Source: Lama glama (Eukaryota). Taken from it: a stretch of DNA of 64,000 nt. The stretch is taken from assembly GCA_028534125.1 (NCBI GenBank), contig CM052818.1:11348001-11412000 (forward strand), given 5' to 3'. The notes beneath the pieces are model-generated. The model saw only the letters and a list, made by a program, of their open reading frames with translations, searched no databases and was not told the origin of the DNA. Of this stretch, positions 51,270 through 63,831 are shown one piece after another. Position numbers and translations under genes: made by a program. Each line of letters starts with the position of its first letter. Position 1 is the stretch's first letter.

Positions 51270-51826
51270 TCTGCATCAGTTACAAGACTTTCAGCCACAT
51301 GGAACATAATTACAAGTCTAGAAGAAGGAGATTGAGGGCTCTAACTGGGGCAGGATCAGAGACTCCATAACGACATCAAAGATTGGGGTCCTTCTATTTT
51401 TCTGCTCTGCTGGTCTCAGTGTTGGCTTCATCCAAAAATTGGCCTCTCAGTGTCACAAGATGGCCACAGTAGTTTAGGTGTCACTTACAGACAGAACAAC
51501 CAGAGAATGAGACCGGTTCCTCCCAGATACCTTTGCTGTGAGAAGGAACCTTTCCAAAAGACCCCCAACAGACTTGTCTTACATCTCATTGGCCAGAATT
51601 GTGTCACAAGCCAGAACTTCAAGCTATCTTTAAGAAGCTTTGAGGAATGGGGCCTTGACTGCCTTAGGCTAATCAGGGACCACTCCCTAGGGAAGAGAAA
51701 CAACATTTTCAAAAGTACACAGTCCTGTCATGAAGGAGTGACCCTGGAATAAATAGGGTTCTGTTTGGAAGGATAAAGGAATGGGTGAGGCAGAGAAATG
51801 GATGTTGGATAGACAGTTAGCAGGGT
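51270..51826 (-). mobile_element. Old MaLR LTR, MLT1K/L-like
   Basis: ttctatttttctgctctgc..gtcacaagatggcc..cccccaacagacttgtcttacatctcattggccagaattgtgtcaca..aaatagggttctgtt..aatggatgttgg. Confidence 0.75.
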
Positions 51827-52314
51827 TAGATTTAAATTAAGACTAATATGGCATAAGAAAAAAAAAGATGATATAAAATTGCACGTCTCCTAATATGTGG
51901 ACATAAAATTTTCTTCTGGAAGCTACTCTACAAGGAAATAGATGACATAATAGTAAAATGATGGACAGGTCAATAACTACTTCAAGTTTCAACCAGGCAA
52001 TATGAGAAGGGCATTATCAAAGTGCTTAGAGACTCACCATCCACACTGCCCTGCGGCCGCAGAATAGTTCCCACGATGCAGGGAGACAGATTCCTCTTTC
52101 ACTCCATCAACATTTCACTGTCTGCTATGTGTCATAGCTCATACCCAAATCTGGAAATAAACATTCATAAATCAGTTTCCCCTTATGAGAAGACTACATA
52201 CTCTAGTACAGCAGCCTGACAACTTAATAAGTAACTGTAACATGTGTCTGTAGATGCATGCTGAGTGCACAAGGCACCGTCTAGCCCCAGATTAGCAACA
52301 GTCAGGTTTACTTG

Positions 52315-53110
52315 TGGGCAAGAAGGATTTCATACAAGAAAGTGATGTTTGAACTGGGTCTTGAAAAGTAATTAGTTGCTTGCCAGATGAAAAAGAGGCT
52401 GGGAAGGGCATTCCAAAAATAGGAATTATTATAACCAAAGGTGTACAGTACACGTGTGAATTCTGCCCCCGTGAAATGCCAAGGGGATTCAAATGGCGAG
52501 AGAGTCGGGTTCCAGAAGGAGTACGGTTGGAGGCGAACCTGGGGATTTTGACAGGGACCCGATGGTGGAGGGCCTTCTTCTCCCCATGCATATAAGTTGG
52601 GGTTTTGTGTAATAAGTAACACTGAAGACTTTACAAAGTGAATAGGCATTTTAAATATCACTGGAAGCTGGGTCAGGGATCCTGGGGTAAGAGCAAGTCT
52701 AGAGAGAGCACTTTCCATTTAGCAGCTGCTTTAATAGTTTGGGCAAAAGCTTGATACTGCTTGAGCCAAGGCAACAACTGAGAGTCTGGAGAAGAGGATA
52801 ATAAAACATTTGATAAAACTCAATGAAAACTTGGATGTGGAAAAGTCCAGACTAATTGGATATGTGAAAGTATGACTAATCAGATGGAGAAGACAAGAGG
52901 AGAAGTTAAAATGTAGGATGATCAACTCTGGTTGGCCCAGGACTTTCCCAGTTTTAGCATGAAAAGATCTGCATCCTAGGAAACCCCTCAGTGCCAGGCA
53001 AACCAGGATAATTGGTTACCATGTAAAAAAAGTACATTTTGAGGAAAGTATGATAAGTTCAACTTGGAAAATAATGAATTCCAAACCATTGTGCAGCAGA
53101 ACATTCAATT
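52315..53110 (-). mobile_element. L2 fragment interrupted by a MER81-like MITE
   Basis: aagtgatgtttgaactgggtcttgaa..gggaagggcattcca..cattttaaatatcactgg..gactaattggatatgtg..gataagttcaactt. Confidence 0.7.
52914..53023. mobile_element. hAT-Blackjack MITE, MER81-like
   Basis: About 110 bp with imperfect terminal inverted repeats (taggatgatcaa..ttggttaccatg) and internal ggactttcccagttttagca and ggaaacccctcagt. Confidence 0.8.
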
Positions 53111-55040
53111 TGCATCTACGTTACCCTCAAACAGCTGGTCAGGTCAGTGGACATTCAACCAGCTAGCACTCACTAACCATGTATCCCCATCCCCCCCAAA
53201 AAAGATGGTTTTCCAACAATTTCCACATTTCCACTCCATCCTGTAGATACAACCATCCAGCTTTGGCACAGTTAAGGCAGGAGCCCTCACACTAGTTGCT
53301 AGTCTTTCTCCACCAGGGCTGGGTGGGGCGCAGATGCAATGTAAAGGATGACTGATGGACACCTTTTGAGCCATTTGTGCAAATTATTTTTCAAAACTTA
53401 TTCTTAAAAGGAATATGTTCTATTGCAACCCATGGTCATTTCTATCAAGGAGGCTACTTGTCTGCTTTTGCTGCCTACAAAATTACTATTCATCAGAAAA
53501 GAGAGTGTTTCCACACCTTATTTATCTTTGTATCACAAAGACATCCATGTATTGTATATACACAAGAGCTCAAAAGTTTGTCGCAAAAAATGGGTTATTA
53601 TCATGAGCCTATAAATGTATACATTGCACTTATTACACATTAAAGCAAACCAGTATGATCTCTAAATTCCTTTACCTTTCTTAAGAAATAAGAATTTGAA
53701 AACCATATACAAGGAAGTTTTGGGTTTCTACAAGAGCTCTGAGGAATCTAAACATCCAGTTTCGCTTAGTAAAAACCTAGAAACATCATGGCAAGAAGCA
53801 AATTCCACTGAATACATTTATTTATGCTTGAGACCAATACTGTCCCACCAACAGCAGGCTCTGTAAACTGACCCAGCACTCAAAGCGTCCCCCAATGCCT
53901 TATTTGAAACAATGGAGCAGACACTGAGGATGACGTTCAACTCTTAACTCAGCAATTCCCACTACTGATCTAAACCAGACCTTTAGTGTTATTTTAACAT
54001 AGGTTTTGGATTTAATTATCTTAAATGTCTAAAAGAATGCATACAATTCCCAAACTGTTTATCTCTTTTATGGTAAAATCTCTTCCCCTATCCCTAGAAA
54101 TCTGTTTTAATTATTTAATCAGTTTGGCTGAAACTCACAAAGCATTAAATTGTTGGTTGTTACTTAACATTCCTTATAAATTGCATTTATTAATTTCTGG
54201 ATAGAGACTTGTCCATTGCTACAGTAATTTAAATTAGTACCACATGGTTACAGACCGATGGTGAATGATGATTAAATCTTTGGGGCAAATTCAGTCTTTT
54301 AAGATATTTAAATGGCACTAGAGATAAGCTAACCAAATTTGGGTCCAAGAAGTTACAATTTATCAAAAATGTAATAAACCATGGCCAGAATAGTCATTGT
54401 AAGCAGCACATAATGTGGTCCATGAAATGACATGTTAGCATCTCTCTCGGTGTGGTCACAGGGAAGTGCTGACGGTGCAGACACAGCAATGCTCCGTTGA
54501 TATTTAACAGTTCCCATCTACAAGGTACTTTGCAATATTGTGGCTTTTTATACACTCAAGTCCCCCTGATACTCCATCAGTCAATTTGTTATTCAACACA
54601 GTGGCATATTCCTTTCTTGGTGCTTTAATTTCACGGGTGCAAACAATCAACATCTCACACAATCCTTTGGAATCTTAGCAACAGAAGGAGGAACTGTAGG
54701 ATCTTGTTGGCCTTTCAGAATGACAAATCACCAGGGGAAAGAGTTCTGTGGGGACTGACTCTAAACTACTTAGGTACAGATTATGATGGGGAGGCTCTGA
54801 AAAAATGAAGGGATCTCTCCCAGGTCACAAAGGTGGAGATGGACTCCAGAAGTCAGTTTCTTTATTTGTAATTGCAAACGGTTTCAATACTTATCACCAC
54901 CACTGAGTCCACTCAACTGATACGATCCTAGACCTTAATATTTGCTCAGATTGCTGAAAGGACCTGATCATTTCTTCCAGGGGACCAACTGGGGGAATCA
55001 AGTGATAAAAAATGAATCTCCCCATTGTTTCCAGACACTT

Positions 55041-55078
55041 AATAATAACAATAATAATAACAACAACAACAACAACAA
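55041..55078. repeat. (AAT)/(AAC) trinucleotide microsatellite
   Basis: Read directly; accounts for the poly-Asn and poly-Val stretches in the ORF track. Confidence 0.95.
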
Positions 55079-57294
55079 GAGTGTGATAGGCAGGAATAGT
55101 GAAGATCATGTGTCTCCTACTGGAAAGACTGACTGAAACACTCAGGTAAAATAACAAAATCAACTCATAAAATAATAGATTCATCTTCCTGCAGCTAAAG
55201 ATAAATATTAAATAATCCTAGGTGCTGCTGGATGAAAATTAATTTCTGTAAGGCAAACAGTGTAGGACGTATATGTGTTTCAATTTCTGTTTGGCAAGGT
55301 GCCTATTTTGAGCATCCTGCACAGACCTTTGAAGTACTGGGGCTGCTCTGATAACGCAGATGCTTAAGTGAGAATTGCTTCCTCGGGGCTCCCAAGCACT
55401 GTAAAAAGTCTGTTTTGGATCATCAGTCTCCCAACTAATTCCAGGTATTCAGTCCAAAAACACAACATTTTTTAATGCATTAATGATACAGTGCAGCCCT
55501 TCTGAATTGAATTGTGTCAGAAGATGGGAGTGACATTAACTTGTTAGAGGAGGCACAAAGTGCTGAACCACTGTGATTTGTGTTCCCCAAATTACAGTCA
55601 GGTGCAGTCGCCCGCATGGGGCGGGTTGAAACAGGATACAGTGAGGAAAGAAGCACTTCAGAGAGAGCCCTCTAATGATTAATTTACGATAGAAAGAGGG
55701 ATAAGGGGCAAATAGTACACTGCATTCTTAATCACGAAACTATTCTAGACGCCCTGCCTGTCTACTCTTAGACCATCTGAGAGCTAAGCCGTTTCATCCT
55801 ACAGCCCCGGTTGTTTTAACTGTGCTTATTTAATACTGGCATTTGACAAAGCCCATAAAATGTCCCCAGGAAGCCAAACACATCCAGGACCACTTCTGTA
55901 GAAACTTTCAAAAATGTTAAAATAAAAACAACCACCAAAACAGTAATAATGATCTACAATCTGAAGTTTTTCAGAAGTTCCCTAAAAGCCATAACCATTT
56001 AAAAAAAAAACCATGAACACTTCTCCCTGGAATAGTCTTCTGCTAGGAGCATGGGGGTTACAGCAGGTGGCACTCTGGGCCAAGCAAACACCACGAGGCA
56101 TGGTGACATCTTGGTAGTCATGGAGAGAGGAGAAAGTCACTGGGGACTGAATGAATGCAGTAACCTTCACTTTCAAGTCCACTCAAGTTCTTTCTCCAGA
56201 AGGTTTTCACAGAACACTGGGTCTATAAATGGAACCAGAGAGTGGGGTCCCTCACTTTGATATTCTACCAACATTCCATGCCTCCTTCCAGAAGGGACAT
56301 ACAACCCAGCATACTGACCAAATTTGAACTTGCGTCACTGCATTCTGTCTCCTCTGAGCACCTCCTGGAACTTCATCTGGTCTTCATTCCATGTTATATA
56401 AACCAATATGAGCTGTTGGAAAATTGCCCTTGAGGTGGCTGTACTTCAGTACTGGGCAACATGACTCATGAATATTTTTAACAGTCAAGGCCATATGTTC
56501 CTCTCCTCTGTAGAGCAGGGAGCCAAATGGAGCTTCTTAAATAACACACAGTGTGGCAGCTACTGCCAGGCACACCGGGAAGAGGCTTAGAAGTTGGATG
56601 TGTTCCCACAATCAGAGATGGGAAAGGTCCCTGACTTGTAAAGAGAATATCAACTGACATGAAGCTAAGAAAACATCAGGAGAATAAAGGGTTTGTTTTT
56701 GTGTTCTGTTTTCATCTTTGTTTCTAGGCTTGATTTATTTTACAGGTCAGTTCAGGGAAAGGCTCTCTGCAGGTCAGTCTTCAGGTTGACCCAGGCCCTT
56801 GTCCTCCCTCCACTCTCTCCTCCCTCACTGTCAGGATTCCAGGAGATGCAAGAGATGATGCCCACAGACCCACCAACTCCCAGAACTGCAGTCACAGGAG
56901 AGAAAAGCTCCCTCTTTTCAGGGTATAACAAAGTTTCCAAATGCAAAGACAGTCATGGACTGGGGATTTCTGAAGAACAGTTTTAAGAGGGTCTGAGGCT
57001 TTGTGTCAATGAAGAGGAATGGAAGAGACAAGAATAAAAGAAGCACAGTGGCTGGAAAGAGGATGGAGGCCGAGAGGGACCAAGATGCAAGAGGGGAATG
57101 GGTACAGAAAACAAGGAACCGGGATAGCCTGAGATTTATTTTACTCTTGACAGGCTCAGGTTTCTACTTTCTAGTGACAATTTTGTCAATGTCCAACTTT
57201 GTGTTGTTTTTGAATAGAGATCCATTTTAAATTATCCAGCTTGAGTTGACCAACTGACCTTAGTTTGCAACTTTTCTGGGTAAGTTTAATAACT

Positions 57295-57505
57295 TGGTAT
57301 TTATTTAAGAGCCCAATGTTGTCAGGCACTGTGTGAGGGACGAGGGATGGGGCCGTGAGCGGGACCGATGTGGCTCCCACCCTCCCAGATCTTATGTGGC
57401 TATACCTGCATTTGACAAGCATTACGGGAACAGCTGTGTGGGGTTGGGGAGGGTACCCCAGAGGGAGTAAGTGCTAAGCTGAGACTTTCAGGACGTAGAG
57501 AAACA
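57295..57505 (-). mobile_element. L2 3' fragment
   Basis: tatttatttaagagccc..tcaggcactgtg..ctcccaccctcccagatcttat..gctgagactttcagga. Confidence 0.65.
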
Positions 57506-58947
57506 AGTCTGATCACCTTTGTGAGTCTAATTTCAGCATTTGTACAAGTAGGAATCTCCTGCCTGCCACTGGCTCAGCGCCCCAAAAGAAGGCAACTAAG
57601 AAACCATGGTTACACGTGTGCGGATAAGCAGAGCTTGTTGGAGGAAAGAACAGGCATGTCACTCATCCTGGGAGGCCAAGAAGATGCCAGCTGGGGGATT
57701 CAGTGTTAGCCTTGAGTTGCTAAAATGACACCAGAAAAATATGTAGCTGTGCTTTCCGGCCTCAAACTCCTGCCCCTGATCCCCCCCGATCTCCTCCCCT
57801 TGTTAAATGCTTTCAAGGTGAGCAGATGCAAGTGGCAGTTAATCAATCTGATGCTCCCTTGTCGTGTGTGGAACTTGGCACTGGGCTCCCCCTGTACCTT
57901 ACTCTATCCGGTGAGCAGGTTCCTGGGGCCCTGGTTCTATTGCCACAGCACTTGAGTACAAACAAGAACTGTCAGGAGTGAAAGGCCTTCAAAAACAAAT
58001 GCCACCAAACTTCTTACCTGACTTCCATAGGTTGGGGTAAATCAACTGCCCAACTCCACCTGGGTGGGTAAGCGGACGACCAAACACGCCTGGAGCAGCA
58101 GGGGATTACTCTGACCTCACGCCTTCGTAAGAGTTATTAATTTTTACTGTCTTTGACCATATTCCCATGATGCAGAATACTTTGAAGTGTAAAAAATGCA
58201 ATAATCTGAGTGCTTAGACGATCTCAGACCGCAGGTCTGTATGGCCAGGAAAAAAAACGAGTATTTGCCCTCGTGCAGAAAATATCTGGGGGCGGACTGT
58301 TCTCTTTCTGTTTAGATAGGTGGCTGTCTGTTATACATGGGTTTAATTCTTTTCCCCATTTGCTTTTATATGCACTCTCTCTCCTGGGGTGGCAAGGTTT
58401 CATTATTATTATTATTTTTAATCCCAGAAAAAAAGGAAAAGATTCAATACAGAAAAAAGGACCAATGCGGTAAAATCTGCTCTAATGATGTGTGCAGTGG
58501 GAAGCGTGGTCATTGCAGGGTAGAGTTGCACACCTACCCATTCTTTTGTGATGATCATGTTTTTACTATTTCCAATTTAATACTTTTTCTAATATATTAT
58601 ATGTTACCTCCCATGTATTTAAGCTGTACTTAAAAGCATGCTAAGAACTGGTAATTCTTTAATGGTTGTTCACTTACAAGCGATTGTGGGTCATTACACA
58701 ATCATTTAAAGGGCATTAATGAGAACCATTTAATGGTTTTAGTAGAATATCATTGTAAGGGACAGGGGAAAAGTTACTGGCTGTAAATTTTTATGACCAT
58801 TTCTTACAGAACGTATTACTTTAAAGATTTATGTATGTAACAATGAGTACAATAAAAGCCATGCTAAAAATAATTTGAAATCAAAGTAATGCATATAGAT
58901 AAGTCTCTGCTCTGCTGCAATTGGGTGGGCCCCCTTTTAAAAAAAAT

Positions 58948-59067
58948 TTTTCCTTTTCTCCTTCTTTTCTCCCTTCCCCTCTCTCTCTGCCTTTCATCCA
59001 CCTGCCCTTTCTTCTCCGCCTTCTTCCCTGCCTCCCACCCTTCCTCATCACTTCCATTTTCTTTCTT
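58948..59067. repeat. Low-complexity polypyrimidine tract
   Basis: About 120 bp, almost all C/T on +. Confidence 0.85.
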
Positions 59068-60374
59068 AAAAGACATTTTTAGGACTAGTAAAGATTTTCT
59101 TTTTAATGAAAATCACTAGAGGTAGAATTCTTCATCGATACATTTTTCAGTTGGTGGGGGTGAAGGAGAGAGGGGTAGACATAACAGCATGGCACAGGAA
59201 TGCCCCAAATGTCGTGAATCTTTGTTTACAGACCTTTCCCCCAGATGTCATTTTAAACTATCTCCTCTTATACACTATAGGACTAAAATAGAAAATCCAA
59301 TACTTTCTAGGACATCACTCCCTAAGGTAGGACAGGTGACTACAAAGGCAGAGGAACTAGTCCTGGTAGTACACCTACGGAGATCTGTAAAGTACACACA
59401 AAAAGGGGCCTCACACACACCCAGAGGAGACCCGGCATTTTGCCCCATGCAGCTCACCTCTTGAAAAAGAAATGGGTATTTGAGAAGCTCACGCTACTGA
59501 GGGAGTAACCTTATTAAAGTGCTTTAATAACACAACAGTCATCGTATTATGCCTGGTTTTGTCCACTTGCGATTCTCGTGGAATACATAATGAATAAGAC
59601 AATGCCCCTTTCCCAGGATTCTTGCATAAGCAGGAGGATATTTCTAATTAAAAAGGCAGAGTTAGCGCGCAGCACATGAAATGAACAGAACCATATCTCT
59701 AGAAATGCCGAGATTTTACTGTTTGCATTAAGTAACGCTTGTATTTCTCTCTGAATCCAGCCCAATACCCATTACCAATAAGATGAAGATTTAAGATAAC
59801 TTGGTCAAAAGATGGTGAATTACAACTTTTAATTAAAATGTAGAAAATGGTGGCTTTAAAATAAACATGATAATACTTTCATGATCATTAATTTTTTATA
59901 GCGTGAACAACAAAAGCAACCTGAATATTTTAGAATGTGACATTATGAAGTCAGGCAAAGGGGATTTTTAGAAAGTTATGCGTGTCCCAGAGAGAAGACT
60001 GTGCAGTTGCTGCTCTCCCTCGCCAGCCCCCTTGGAAACCCCAGCAGAAGGTAACGGATCCACAAAGATTTCTTCATTTGACCTATGCAGGCAAAGCGAG
60101 TGATGACGGGGATAGTAAGAGGGTAAGGCCAGCAATGAGATTTACAGTTTATCTACTCCAAAGAGCAATTCAGTGAATGATAATAGGGAGGAGAAGATCC
60201 GATTTCCTTATGTAATCTATTATCTTGGTATAAAAATTGTTTTAATAAATCCAGTGTGAAGTCGAAATGTTGCTGGTGCCACAGTCTAGACTAAAGGTAG
60301 AAATACGATTGAAAGATTGGTGATTTGGGGTGTGCTGTGGTTCCCTTTACCATAATTTTTTTCACTTTCACTGA

Positions 60375-60590
60375 TGCAACCTTAGCCTCACATCTCCTTC
60401 TCATATGGCCTCTCCCCCTACATAACTGTTCTATTTCTAGGAGGTCTTCTCCAGCTCAGCATGTGTACAGTCTTCTCTCCATCACTTTATTCATACTGAT
60501 TCCTACCAGGAATTACTTCTTCTTCCCCATATGTTCTCTCTTTCAATCAGCTCAAGTCTACCTCCTCCAGGAAGCCTTCCCTGACTGCTT
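60375..60590 (+). mobile_element. L2 fragment
   Basis: tctttcaatcagctcaagtctacctcctccaggaagccttccctgact. Confidence 0.65.
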
Positions 60591-60684
60591 TAGCCTAAAG
60601 CTTGGTTCCAAAAATCTAATCTATCAACAAATGCTTAGGCAAACTATGGTGAGAGTCATGGGAAGATGGAACTGTTCACCCTTT

Positions 60685-60805
60685 GGCAGGTCATGTATTC
60701 TTTTGGGTCAGTTGGCTTCTTCATCTGTAAAATAAGGGGATAATCATGCCTACCTTGTAAGACTGTTGTGGTAACTGCATGAAAGACACATGAAAAAGCA
60801 CCAGG
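60685..60805 (+). mobile_element. MIR split by an L1; resumes at about 61082-61110
   Basis: cttcttcatctgtaaaataagggataatcatgcctaccttgtaagactgttgtg; resumes as aacaaagtagtttcatataaatgttagtt. Confidence 0.75.
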
Positions 60806-61068
60806 CAGGGGCAGGGCAGGGAAGCATGTGGAAGGGATAAATTGGGAGTTCAAGATTTGCAGATACTAATTACTATATATATAATAGATAAACAACAAGT
60901 TCATACTGTACAGCACAGGGTATTATATTCAATATCTTGTAGTAACTTATGAAAATGAATATATGTATGTTCATGTATGACTAAAGCATTGTGCTATACA
61001 CCAAAAATTAACACGACACTATAAACTGACTATACTTCAATAAATACATATATATATACCAAAAAAAA
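60806..61068 (+). mobile_element. Short LINE-1 3' UTR insertion, camelid-type
   Basis: gaagggataaattgggagttcaagatttgcagatactaa..actgactatacttcaataaa. 12/13 matching TSD aaaaagcaccagg (60793-60805) / aaaaagcatcagg (61069-61081). Confidence 0.92.
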
Positions 61069-61229
61069 AAAAAGCATCAGGAACAAAGTAGTTTCATATA
61101 AATGTTAGTTCTTCTTTCTCTCTTTCCCTCCCTTTCAAAATCAGAGAAATTTGTGTCTAAGGCGTTCAGATGTAGTAGTTTGTTATATTTAGTTTCTTGC
61201 ATCTTTCCATTTTTTTTGTTTAGCGGGCC

Positions 61230-61371
61230 TTCATTCTCCATCAGCTCCCCCATTAGTTTATGACCCCTCAAAGGAAGGGACCCATATCTATGCATCATCA
61301 TATTCCTGCCTCATCTAGGATGGTTCTATATATAAAGTGAGGACCAATAAATAGTTATTAGAAGAGTGAAT
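61230..61371 (+). mobile_element. L2 3' end
   Basis: ctcccccattagtttatgaccctcaaaggaagggacc..caataaatagttattagaagagtgaat. Confidence 0.6.
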
Positions 61372-61881
61372 ATTAGTCACTATCTCCAGTGTTTGGGAAA
61401 AAATTAATTTCCATAAAGTAAAAGCCGTAAATTAGCAACACTGTGTTCCGTCTTTACACCCCCCAGTATGCTGTATGTGACTGAATTTACACACAATGGG
61501 GCGGGAGCATCAAACAGTCCGATGTCACGCTACATCCTAGAGCTTGGGCTGGGTAGCTCCCTGTCGTAATAGGCGGTGCTAGTAAAGTATAGTCCTGCAC
61601 TTAATCCCATTGTGGCTGTGTTTATACAAAGAATTTTTCTGTGTCTAGGAAACGTGTCTTGTACTTCTAGGCAAGTGTTAACATATAAAAATAAAGAATG
61701 CTACTGGCCCCAGGATGGTCTTGGGAAGTGAGCAGTGAGGATCAACACAAACAAGGAAATTGTGTTATGCGTTGATGAGAAGATGGCCTTGTGGCTTTGG
61801 TAGTCAAAGGACAGTACATCTTAGCCTTTAGCATTTAATTGACGAGCTTCTTCCACTGATGAAAGGGGGTGCAGTACACGA

Positions 61882-62103
61882 GGGCGGCAGGGGGGAGTGG
61901 TTGTAAGTGTGGCCACCAGGTGCCAGACAGTCCACCTGCTCTGTGACCTAGTCAGGTCACACAGCCACTCTCTGCCTCCGTTTCCCGGCAGGTAAGGTCA
62001 AGAGGAGAAGAGTTCCCGCCTTACGGCCTTGTCTCCTGGCACAAAGGGGTAACACGTGCGAGGCCCTGACAGTGGGTCCATGCAAGGATTAGATGTTAAG
62101 CTG
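61882..62103 (+). mobile_element. MIR (GC-rich, diverged)
   Basis: ggagtggttgtaagtgtgg..gccagacag..ctgtgacct..ctctctgcctccgtttccc..gtaacacgtgcgaggccctgacag. Confidence 0.6.
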
Positions 62104-63285
62104 CAGGATCAGAAACACTCCTGACGATTCTGCAGTAATGCTCATTTCTGCCACTCAATTCCCCTCCTCCTTCACAAAGAGTAGACCTCAAACAGCTGGT
62201 CCAGGCATCCCGAAACTGAAACGCACGCCTGGGGCGTTCCTTCCTCTCGGGAGCAGAGTAAGAGAAGAGCAGCGAAAGGAACACCCCAAGTCCTTCCTGC
62301 CATCGCTGTTACACTTTCCAAAGCCCATCAGCACGTGTGTGTCCCTTTCCGAGATGCCCTGTGTTCTGTCTGAGGCTCTCGGAGCTGATGTCCGTAACTG
62401 GTACGTCTGGATTTAGAAAGTACCAAACTAAAAGCAAAACAAGAGATGCAAAATTAAGAAAAAACTTCCCAAAGGGTGAGGAAATATAATGAGATCAAGG
62501 AGAAAAGGGGGCCACACCACTGAAATTGCTTCATCCCAGAGATCACCACAAAGCAAGAGCTGGTAAATGCATTCTGACTTCCAAATGGACAATTCCTCAT
62601 AAAGTTGAACTCTTGGACTCAAAATAAGGTGTTGGTGGTGCCTTCAGACATTATCCATCTGACTAGCCATGGGGAAAGTAATGATTTTGCAAAGTAAAAA
62701 ACCTGGGAGGTTGCTACATCCTGAAAAGATATACAGTACTATGTGTCATCTGATTTTGATGCGATTTCTAGAAAGAGAAAGGTAAGTTAAAAATAGAGAT
62801 TCCGTTTGAATGCATGATTCCTCCTGCCTTTGTCTGGAGTCCAGAAACGACAGCGTGTTCTCCCCATTCACTGCTGCAGCAGTGTTTTTACATGAAGTTT
62901 GAAACCACGTGCGCTGCCAAGGCACCCCTGCAGGAAGGTAAGCCCATTCCTTCCATCTATCACACAGCCTTTGGACTTGTTTTACTTAAGGGCTTGTCAT
63001 TTCAGTGGGGAGGAAGATCTACGGAATACAGCCACGTGGAGTTTTATTCCTTCCTGCTGTTTGTGATAAACTTCAGGGGACATATTTAACATTCAACAAA
63101 AAATGAAATTTCTGGGGCCACCCCAGCAGGAGGATAATATCGGTGCTCCAACAGCAACACTGAGCTCTAAGACACTGCCAAACAGTCCAGGCGCAGAATG
63201 GGCCAATACGCATCATTCCGGGGGCGAGGTGGGGGGGTGGAATTCTACAAGCTTCTTGGTGCTAATCTACAGCTCATCCCCATGC

Positions 63286-63333
63286 TAGTATTATTATTAT
63301 TATTACTACTATCATCTTGTTATGATTATTATT
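63286..63333. repeat. Degenerate (TAT)n microsatellite
   Basis: Read directly from the sequence. Confidence 0.85.
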
Positions 63334-63722
63334 GCTCTTTGTCTTCCTAGGAACAATCTCCTCTAGGAAAAGCCATTCACCTCTGGCAGGGTAGTCATTC
63401 TTCTGGATCATAGGGTATCATTCTGCCAGCTTCTCAGAGTTGCTAAATTGCTGAGTAAACCATGGGAGTTTGGGCTTCATGCCTGGAGGAGGCACAGCTG
63501 GGGATGGGCTCTGGGTGCAGGCCTCCCCCGTCCTCCTCTGTCCCTTTGGCCACATTCCCTACAACCTGAAAGAAGAAGCAAAGTTGTCAGAACCCAGCTT
63601 TGTTTTCAAAATCACTTCAACCATCACTTCTGAGGACCCAGTAAGACCCAAGTCTGTGCTTGGGCTTGCAGGAGATAAAGAGATTCCAAGTTTTGGAAGT
63701 CAAGGTTGAGGCATACTAAATT

Positions 63723-63765
63723 CACAGACACACAGACACACAGACACACACACACAGACACACAC

Positions 63766-63829
<64 letters not shown>
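63723..63829. repeat. Long interrupted (CA)n microsatellite with CAGA/CAAA variants
   Basis: Read directly; accounts for the poly-CV ORF. Confidence 0.97.

Positions 63830-63831
<2 letters not shown>

Noticed and set aside
63624..63827. Poly-(Cys-Val) ORF; also the poly-Asn ORF at 54942-55136 and the Phe-rich ORF at 1501-1761
   Set aside because: Translations of microsatellites and A-rich L1 sequence.
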